DNA of 30,415 nt, taken from contig NW_021832908.1 of NCBI RefSeq assembly GCF_006345805.1, positions 1-30,415 of the forward strand, written 5' to 3'. Position 1 is the first letter of the stretch, and the number at the start of each line of letters is the position of its first letter. The translations under genes and the position numbers were made by a program. Source of the stretch: Octopus sinensis (lineage: Eukaryota). Shown here piece after piece: positions 22,801 through 30,415 of the stretch. The notes beneath the pieces are model-generated. The model searched no databases, was not told the origin of the DNA, and saw only the letters and a list, made by a program, of their open reading frames with translations.

Positions 22801-24212
22801 GAAGGAAGGGGAGTTTGGAATGTTAAACATTCCAGAGAGGTGGATTTGAGAATGAAGGGGAGGAAGGGGAGGTAGGAATGTTGAACATTCCAGAGAGGGG
22901 GATTTGAGAAATGAAAGGTAGGAAGGGGAGTTAGGAATGTTGAACATTCCAGAGAGGTGGATTTGAGAAATGAAGGGGAGGAAGGGGAGTTAGGAATGTT
23001 GAACATTCCAGAGAGGGGGATTTGAGAAATGAAAGGGAGGAAGGGGAGTTAGGAATGTTGAACATTCCAGAGAGGTGGATTTGAAAATGAAGGGGAGGAA
23101 GGGGAAGGTAGGAATGTTGAACATTCCAGAGAGGGGGATTGAGAAATGAAAGGGAGGAAGGGGAGTTAGGAGTGTTGAACATTCCAGAGAGGGGGATTTG
23201 AGAAATGAAGGGGAGGAAGGGGAAGTTGGAGGTAGGAATGTTGAACATTCCAGAGAGGGGGATTTGAGAAATGAAGGGGAGGAAGGGGAGGTAGGAATGT
23301 TGAACATTCCAGAGAGAGGGGGATTGAGAAATGAAGGGGAGGTAGGAATGTTGAACATTCCAGAGAGGGGGATTGAGAAATGAAGGGAGGAAGGGAGGGG
23401 AGGTAGGAAGTTGAACATTCCAGAGAGGGGGATTTGAGAAATGAAAGGGAGGATGGGGAGTAGGAATGTTGAACATTCCAGAGAGGTGGATTTGAGAAAT
23501 GAAGGGGGGAAGGGGTGGTAGGAATGTTGAACATTCCTGAGAGGGGGATTTGAGAATGAAAGGGGAGGAAGGGGAGGAGGGAATGTTGAACATTCCAGAG
23601 AGGTGGATTTGAGAAATGAAGGGGAGGAAGGGGAGGTAGGAATGTGAACATTCCAGAGAGGTGATTTGAGAAATGAAGGGGAGGAAGGGGAGTTAGGAAT
23701 GTGAACATTCCAGAGAGGTGGATTTGAGAAATGAAGGGGAGGAAGGGGAGGTAGGAATGTTGAACATTCCAGAGAGGTGGATTTGAGAAATGAAAGGGGA
23801 GGAAGGGGAGGTAGGGTTGAAACATTCCAGAGAGGGGATTGAGAAATGAAAGGGGAGGAAGGGGAGTTAGGAGTGTTGAACATCCAGAGAGGGGGATTTG
23901 AGAAATGAAGGGGAGGAAGGGGAGGTAGGAATGTTGAACTTCCAGAGAGGGGGATTTGAGAAATGAAGTGGAGGTAGGAATGTTGAACATTCCAGAGAGG
24001 GGTTGAGAAACGAAAGGGGAGGAAGGGGAGGTAGGAATGTTGAACATTCCATAGAGGGGGATTTGAGAAGTAAAGGGGAGGGTGGGGAGGTAGGAATGTT
24101 GAACGTTCGAGAGAGGAGGATTTGAGAAGTGAAGGGGAGGAAGGGGAGGTAGGAATGTTGAACATTCCAGAGAGGGGGATTTTAGAAATGAAGGGGAGGA
24201 AGGGGAGGAATG
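13872..24212. repeat. Satellite array, ~175 copies of a 59-bp unit (CCAGAGAGGGGGATTTGAGAAATGAAGGGGAGGAAGGGGAGGTAGGAATGTTGAACATT)
   Basis: Direct periodicity over ~10.3 kb. The consensus has 46/59 purines on the + strand. Each junction-spanning unit contains GGAATGTT-G-AACATTCC. Confidence 0.98.
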
Positions 24213-24278
24213 TCACGAATGTGTTGAATGTCTGGAATTTCTGTAATAACTGGAATATCAGGAATGTCTGGAATGTCT
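24207..24278. repeat. Eight in-phase degenerate 9-mers (consensus GGAATGTCT)
   Basis: GGAATGTCA CGAATGTGT TGAATGTCT GGAATTTCT GTAATAACT GGAATATCA GGAATGTCT GGAATGTCT. Confidence 0.85.
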
Positions 24279-24633
24279 GCGGACTCGCGGTCATAGGATC
24301 GCGGTTTCGATTCCCAGACCGAGCGTTGTGTGTGTTTATTGAGCGAAAACACCTAACGCTTCCCGAGGCTCCGGCAGGGGGTGGTGGTGATCCCTGCTGT
24401 ACTCTTTCAGCACAACTTTCTCTCACTCTTACTTCCTGTTTCTGTTGTACCTGTGTTTCAAAGGGGCCGGCCTTGTCTCTTTCTGTGTCACGCTGAATAT
24501 CCCCGAGAACTACGTTAAGTGTGCACGTGTCTGTGGAGTGCTCAGCCACTTACACGTTAATTTCACGAGCAGGCTGTTCCGTTGATTCGGATCAACCGGA
24601 ACCCTTGTCGTCGTAACCGACGGAGTGCTTCCA
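24279..24633 (+). mobile_element. SINE family D copy lacking the first ~29 nt (A box)
   Basis: Reverse complement of 11394-~11749. Starts GCGGACTCGCGGTCATAGGATC. Confidence 0.9.
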
Positions 24634-24877
24634 CCACCATAGGAGTATGAGTGTGTATGTGTGTGCGTGTGTACGTGTGTGCAAGGGAGTTCACGCAAAC
24701 ATAAATATAATCCCAAAGCATATTATGGCGGTAAAGAGTATTTGCGTACCTTTTTTTTGTCACCGCCTTGAGGAATTTTAGACGAATGAATCGACCCCTG
24801 TGCTTCTTTCGTTTTTAAGCCTAGAATTTACTTTTTGTCTCTTTTGCCGAACTGCTAAGTTAAGGGAACGTAAACAT

Positions 24878-25365
24878 ATAACGAAAATATATCCTGAAAT
24901 CTGGCAGACATGCTTCTCTGCAGCTCATCCAGGTGCGAACCATACACCTGAATGTCCTCTTCTGGAATACGCTTTTCCTCTCAAATTCACAGAGGCTCAG
25001 AAAGAAAAGAACCAACGTCGGCTTATGTTACACTGAATTGCTGTAACTTGGGCAGAACATAGAGAGGGCTGGTTCTACTTTGATCGGTTTACCTCAACCC
25101 TTATTCTTGCAGTTATTAAATTAACATCGTTAAACTTTGTGTGAATGTATCTGCCATATAAGTAATGCACGCTTGCTGTTTCTTGTTTCATCGCAAAGAA
25201 CAGAATAAAAGTCTTACAATAATTCAACAACTGTTTTGAAAGGGAATGGAGACTTTCAGGCAGTTTCCCTTTGACAGCCATCGAACTTCTGTGTGACGAC
25301 AACAACCTTGGGGCTGTTGAAACAGTGAGGAAGCATGAGCATGCGCCTTGATTGTATTTACTGCT
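24878..25365 (-). pseudogene. hAT Charlie/Buster-type transposase fragment, decayed
   Basis: Translated pieces: IITAVNTIKAHA..SSLFQQ, HTEVRWLSKGNCLK (Charlie/Buster hallmark), TYMAD..KFNDVNL, PEEDIQVYGSHLDELQRSMSARFQDIF. Confidence 0.8.
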
Positions 25366-25377
25366 GTGATAATGTTC

Positions 25378-25545
25378 TTTATTACCCACAAGGGGCTAAA
25401 CATAGAAGGGACAAACAAAGGACAGACAAACGAATTATCGATTACATCGACCCAGTGCGTAAACTGGTACTTAATTTATCGACCTCGAAGGATGAACGGT
25501 TAAAGTCGACCTCGGCGGAATTTGAACTCGGAACGTAACGCTATA
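25378..25545 (-). mobile_element. SINE family C copy, head truncated
   Basis: Matches 26777-26950 (CGATTACATCGACCC...CTGGTACTTAATTTATCGACC...AAAGTCGACCTCGGCGGAATTTGAACTC). Confidence 0.85.
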
Positions 25546-25556
25546 ATCGATTTAAG

Positions 25557-25711
25557 CACTGTCGCAGCTAGAGTGTTGTGCCGCCCGGGGCGGCCCTTCC
25601 GTTTGCCGCCCCCAGACCCTACGAAAATACATATGGCCTACGGCAGAACAAAAGTGGTGTCCCCTTTAAAAGTGCCGCCCTACCGCCCCTCTCACCCCAG
25701 CTACGCTAGTG
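25557..25711. mobile_element. Possible small TIR element (Harbinger-like MITE)
   Basis: Imperfect terminal inverted repeats CACTGTCGCAGCTAG and CCAGCTACGCTAGTG, with GC-rich GCCGCCC subterminal motifs. No clear TSD. Confidence 0.35.
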
Positions 25712-25764
25712 GTTTTAAGCCTACCGCTTAGGTTATTTGTAACGAGTGGAAACACTGGGTTATA

Positions 25765-26272
25765 TCTCTCTATATAAAGGCAGTTTGCTCGTCTGTGGGT
25801 CTGGTGTCTGTCAGGTTGTACCCTCACGGCTTTCAACCGATTCTGCATGAACTTGACACACACATACGCCAATGTCATATTCAAAACTAACGCAGCTCCC
25901 GAAAATTTTGAAAAGTTCCCCCAGTTCTGAAAAAATCATAAATTCGACATGGGGTCGAGAATCTAAGCTTTTTATAGCAACACATTTTCTGTTTTAGTTT
26001 TCGCAACTTGCAATCAATTTTCACCAAACTCATTGTGAAGCTTAATGTTTACCCTAAGAACTTAATTCTGATGTTAGTTTTCCAATGCAAGACCTTACCA
26101 TCAGAAAAAATCGATGAAATCATCCATTTGGGAAATCGCGTTCAAATTCAAGATGACATATTTTCGACGATATCTTTCACAAATGGCAGGAATTTTTTTT
26201 TATTTCACAGCGAGCATCATGTCTGCTCCAGGGGCTCTACCATACCCGGGCAATGCCGGGCTATGCTGCTAG
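25765..26272 (+). mobile_element. Non-autonomous Helitron, second family
   Basis: Starts A|TCTCTCTATATAAAGG, contains ACCGATTCTGCATGAACTTG, and ends CCCGG-GCAATG-CCGGG hairpin + CTATGCTG + CTAG|T. Confidence 0.8.
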
Positions 26273-26564
26273 TTATAATAAACTTATGAAGCAGCGATGA
26301 CAGCCTTCATCGAAGCGTGGTCCTTCTACTGCTCAAAAACGAAATACTGACTGTATCTATTTCTGTCTCTTACAAATAATAGCTCTTTTAACAAAGAGTA
26401 ATCTTGACGAAGCATACATAAGCAAGAAATGTACCGTACTTTTTATTGCTTGGTAAAGAGGTTTAATCTAACTGTAAGTTAAGTTTGGTTATTCAATTAT
26501 GTTTCCACAATATATCTTCAATGTTATAACATTCACACATTTTGAAACATTTGTCGTACTCATT

Positions 26565-27006
26565 TTTTTTTACTACCCAAAGGAGCTAAAACACAGAGAG
26601 GGGACAAAACAAGGACAGACAAAGGTATTAAGTCGATTACATCGACCCCCAGTCTGTACTTAATTGATCGACCCCGAAAGGATGAAAGCAAAGTCGACCT
26701 CGGCGGAATTTGAACTCAGAACGTAACGACAGACGAAATACGGCTACGCATTTCGCCCGGCGTGCTAACGTTTCTTATTCTTTACTGCCCACAAGGGGCT
26801 AAACATAGAGGGGACAAGAAGGACAGACAAAGGTATTAAGTCGATTACATCGATCCCCAGTGTTATTAACTGGTACTTAATTTATCGACCCCGAAAGCGG
26901 AATGAAAGGCAAAGTCGACCTCGGCGGATTTGAACTCAGAACGTAACGGCAGGCGAAATATCGCTAAGCATTTCGACCGTTGCGCTAACGTCTTCTGCCA
27001 GCTCGC
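26565..27006 (-). mobile_element. Two head-to-tail SINE family C copies (26565-26776 and 26777-27006)
   Basis: Reverse strand has a tRNA-like head (TGGCAGAA.ACGTTAG, GAGTTCAAATCCGCC), then GAGGTCGACTTTGCCTTTCATCCTTTCGGGGTCGATAAATTAAGTACCAG, which resembles the Nin/Deu-type conserved SINE domain as I recall it. Confidence 0.85.
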
Positions 27007-27177
27007 TGGTACTCCTTTTTAGAGAATAAATGTTGTGCTTCCCATTCTTCATTTTAATTTTCCAGGTTAAAGTCCTGAAAAAAAAAACGAAGGGAAATTC
27101 CAATTTACATATAATTTAAAGGTTATCCCGATTTGATGTCTAAGAAATTAAGGTAAGCCTAAATATAATCTCACTAA

Positions 27178-27394
27178 CTCTCTTTTACTCTTTTACTTGT
27201 TTCAGTCATTTGACTGCGGCCATGCTGGAACACCGCCTTTAATCGAGCAATTCGACCCCCGGGACTTATTCTTTTGTAAGCCCAGTACTTATTCTATCGG
27301 TCTCTTTTGCCGAACCGCTAAGTGACGGGGACGTAAACACACCAGCATCGGTTGTCAAGCAATGCTAGGGGGACAAACACAGACGCACAAACAT

Positions 27395-27472
<78 letters not shown>

Positions 27473-27680
27473 ATATTATATATATAATATATATATATAT
27501 TATATATACATATATACGACAGGCTTCTTTCAGTTTCCGTCTACCACATCCACCCACAAGGCATTGGTCGGCCCGGGGCTATAGCAGAAGACACTTGCCC
27601 AAGATGCCACGCAGTAGGACTGAACCCGGAACCATGTGTTGGTTAGCAAGCTACTTACCACACAGCCACTCTTGCGCCTA
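27178..27680 (-). mobile_element. Full-length SINE family A with expanded internal (CA)n/(TA)n tract
   Basis: Reverse complement of 4736-5147. Internal microsatellite ~27390-27518. Possible decayed TSD TATAAT(G)CTCACT(A/G)A on both flanks. Confidence 0.9.
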
Positions 27681-28103
27681 AGTGTATAATGCTCACTGAT
27701 TTATACATAGTCATGCTTTGTAATCCTACCATTAATGCTATTTGTATTCCTAAGATGTTACAAGTATTTTTATCTACTGATAACACTATCAACGATTCTA
27801 TTCTAATGTTATATCTTCAAAGTGTTTTAGAAAATTTTTTGTATATTGTTATCTATTACAGTTTGTGTTCGTGCCTTAGCAACCTTATATTTGTTACTGT
27901 TATGTTTTGTAGCTGTTGTTGTTGTTTATAAATGGATGAATTAAACAGCGATAGAGTTACAACTGCAAGGATGAATTAACATTAAATATCAGTCTATCAA
28001 CGAACCTTTTTCGTTATATTTTGGCGGCTCAAAAATATGTGAACATTCTGAAGTATAATCTGAACGTGACGCATCTTTTTCTCCACCAGCTTGTAAGTAT
28101 AAA

Positions 28104-28217
28104 TTCACAGTGCGACCGATCTTTTCGAGCAAGAATTGGTCTTATCAGTCACTTGCGGACTCACCAATAAATTTGCGCGAAGACCATCATCCTCGACCTT
28201 GAGGGATTGCCATAGAA
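28104..28217 (+). mobile_element. Extreme 3' end of an RTE (BovB-like) LINE with 11-bp TSD
   Basis: 28105-28170 encodes SQCDRSFRARIGLISHLRTHQ*, the RTE C-terminal C2H2-like motif. GTAAGTATAAA is repeated at 28093-28103 and 28218-28228. Confidence 0.85.
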
Positions 28218-28380
28218 GTAAGTATAAAGTAAATCTATTTTAACCTCTTAAAGTATAAATCTGACAGAAATGTTGCTTTTGATTTTTGACCGGTAATTTT
28301 TCTTTACTTTGTGTTACTTTTCGGTTAATTAATCTGATCAGTTTTGAAAGTGACGCCTACTTTCTTTAAGAGTGACATTC

Positions 28381-29353
28381 TCTAGGAACTGGGTTGATGC
28401 CCTGCCTGTGGCCAATACTGGCAGTCAGGAACTGGGTTGATGCCCTGCCTGTGGCCAATACTGGCAGTCAGGAACTGGGTTGATGCCCTGCCTGTGGCCA
28501 ATACTGGCAGTCAGGAACTGGGTTGATGCCCTGCTTGTGGCCAATACTGGCAGTCTAGGAACTGGGTTGATGCCCTGCCTGTGGCCAATACTGGCAGTCA
28601 GGAACTGGGTTGATGCCCTGCCTGTGGCCAATACTGGCAGTCTAGGAACTGGTTTGATGCCCTGCTTGTGGCCAATACTGGCAGTCTAGGAACTGGGTTG
28701 ATGCCCTGCCTGTGGCCAATACTGGCAGTCTAGGAACTGGGTTGATGCCCTGCTGTGGCCAATACTGGCAGTCAGGAACTGGGTTGATGCCCTGCCTGTG
28801 GCAATACTGGCAGTCTAGGAACTGGGTTGATGCCCTGCCTGTGGCCAATACTGGCAGTCAGGAACTGGGTTGATGCCTGCCTGTGGCCAATACTGGCAGT
28901 CTAGGAACTGGGTTGATGCCCTGCCTGTGGCCAATACTGGCAGTCTAGGAACTGGGTTGATGCCCTGCCTGTGGCCAATACTGGCAGTCTAGGAACTGGG
29001 TTGATGCCCTGCCTGTGGCCAATACTGGCAGTCTAGGAACTGGGTTGATGCCCTGCCTGTGGCCAATACTGGCAGTCTAGGAACTGGGTTGATGCCCTGC
29101 CTGTGGCCAATACTGGCAGTCAGGAACTGGGTTGATGCCCTGCCTGTGGCCAATACTGGCAGTCAGGAACTGGCAGTCTAGGAACTGGGTTGATGCCCTG
29201 CCTGTGGCCAATACTGGCAGTCAGGAACTGGGTTGATGCCCTGCTTGTGGCCAATACTGGCAGTCTAGGAACTGGGTTGATGCTCTGCCTGTGGCCAATA
29301 CTGGCAGTCAGGAACTGGGTTGATGCCCTGCCTGTGGCCAATACTGGCAGTCA
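28381..29353. repeat. Minisatellite, 22 full 43/44-bp units plus one 15-bp truncated unit
   Basis: Unit AGGAACTGGGTTGATGCCCTGCCTGTGGCCAATACTGGCAGTC(T), counted from starts at 28384 to 29310. Short unit at 29165-29179. Confidence 0.97.
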
Positions 29354-29930
29354 GCTTAATCTGGATGATTGCATTCAGAGTGGAAGCCGACGTCTGTGGG
29401 GGATTGAGATGTCACTGTGATAGGCCTTCATGGTTTGTCTTGTCGCCTAAATGCCGGTCATTTCGTTCGTCACATCAAGCTAAACCTGACCATTAAAGGG
29501 GCCATAGCTCAGGCTAATATTTCCTCAGTTCTGGAGCCGGCGGAATTATCCAGAAGTGATGGGAAGAGACCAGGTGGTCTTACGCTTTGTCCCATGCGTA
29601 AGAGATAGGTGCCTCCTCTGGGGGCATCACAGTTGGTGACTCCTTTGTTCCCTTCAACATCCTGGATGCTGCTGTAAAAGGGAGGATCACTGCTTCGGTA
29701 GCCGAACGGAACAAAATCCTAAAGTATCGGGACTTGGTGGAACCATTTCTTCCAGCCTTTGGCGTTTGAGATGTTTGGAGCTGGACCGCTGACAACGAAG
29801 TTCTTGTCATCGTTAGTGGCTCTCGCCTTACCGAGACGTCGGGTGATGCTCGTGAAGACACTTGGCATTTCCAACGCTGTAACCTCGCCCATCACCCACG
29901 TGATGCCGTGATCGTGTTGGCTTGCTTCAC
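29354..29930 (+). pseudogene. CRE-clade non-LTR retrotransposon C-terminal remnant (zinc-knuckle and restriction-like endonuclease)
   Basis: Translated pieces: LNLDD, GLHGLSCR..AGHFVRH..LN, LEPAELSRSDGKRPGGLTLCP, ITVGDS, AERNKILKYRDL, FQPLAFEMFG, ETSGDARE..FQRCNLA. This follows the CRE-type RH..LN / DGKRPDG / K..KY / F.P.A.ET.G / QR.S.A pattern, with several frameshifts. Confidence 0.8.
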
Positions 29931-30009
29931 CAAGTCCCGTTAACCCTTATTGTGCGCGACCAATTGATGCATTAAGTGCTAAATTGATGTTTTCTTTCTT
30001 TCTTCGCTC

Positions 30010-30296
30010 ATGATTATGGCGATCTTTCGTCTCTAGTAGACCTTTCCGTCGATTTACACAACATACTGTCTGTCTCCCACACCCCATCAAACACACACAT
30101 ACACACACACATGTACATCAATGCGTCCCATGCACGGTAACTTCAAAAGAACTTCCCTCGTCATACAATCGCTTTCTCTTAGTCTCTTTCGCTCTCATTA
30201 CTTCAAAAGTTCCCGCAAGCCCATATGTAAAAAAAAAAATTTTTTTACGGAAATCGACGGAAAGGTCTACTAGAGACGAAAGATTGCCATGATTAT
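30010..30296. other. 46-bp inverted repeat pair (3 transition mismatches) around 195 bp; possible MITE or piggyBac-like internal repeats
   Basis: 30010-30055 versus 30251-30296. The 40-bp core ATGGCGATCTTTCGTCTCTAGTAGACCTTTCCGTCGATTT has 1 mismatch. TTAA-CCCTT at 29940-29948 resembles a piggyBac end. Confidence 0.8.
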
Positions 30297-30415
30297 ATTT
30301 TCTTTTGTTTGGGATTTATATTTTAATGTGGAATATTTATGTAATTAAGTATGCTGTGACAAAACTATTTCACAAATAAAATTTACAGGTTTACAACTCA
30401 TGCAAAAGAGAAAAA

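Noticed and set aside
13872-24212. CRISPR-like appearance (palindromic repeat at regular spacing)
   Set aside because: The intervening 42 bp are near-identical copies rather than unique spacers, there are no cas genes, and the context is eukaryotic.
13872-24212. TTAGG in the GTTAGG monomer variant as telomeric sequence
   Set aside because: Single isolated pentamer per monomer arising from a G-to-T variant. No tandem TTAGG or TTAGGG.
13753-24549. Dozens of long minus-strand ORFs (up to 641 aa) rich in P/S/F/L
   Set aside because: They are translations of the 59-bp unit. The period is not a multiple of 3, the same peptides cycle through all frames, and the pyrimidine strand simply lacks stop codons.
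26283-26322. Possible second hammerhead (TTATGAAG...CATCGAAGCGT)
   Set aside because: Both core boxes are mismatched and no consistent stems I and II could be built.
28425-29420. Short ORFs on both strands within the 43/44-bp minisatellite
   Set aside because: Frames shift with the 43/44-bp unit. The only meaningful peptide is the single-unit CRE motif reported as a finding.

Overview
Gene-free, repeat-saturated, AT-rich eukaryotic DNA. The tRNA-derived SINE families look like those I recall from octopus genomes (recognition from memory, no search run). I find no intact host CDS, rRNA, tRNA or CRISPR array. Transposon content: at least four SINE families; three non-autonomous Helitrons with canonical TC...hairpin-CTAG ends; an internally deleted Helitron RepHel remnant; a decayed Penelope-like RT next to a small element with a minimal hammerhead-ribozyme motif; a 5'-truncated CR1/L2-type LINE; RTE, mariner, hAT-Charlie and CRE-clade remnants. 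Two tandem arrays dominate. (i) A ~10.3-kb array of ~175 copies of a 59-bp, 78% purine unit. Each unit carries the 17-bp palindrome GGAATGTT-G-AACATTCC, the array has kb-scale higher-order duplications, and it ends in 8 phased GGAATGTCT-like 9-mers. (ii) A 22-copy 43/44-bp minisatellite whose unit translates to a conserved CRE retrotransposon motif and runs into the rest of that element, suggesting a satellite born from LINE coding sequence. Nearly all ORFs in the supplied track are artefacts of repeats. The strongest leads are the CRE-derived minisatellite, the hammerhead motif, the palindromic TEAD/HSE-motif satellite and several long inverted repeats.
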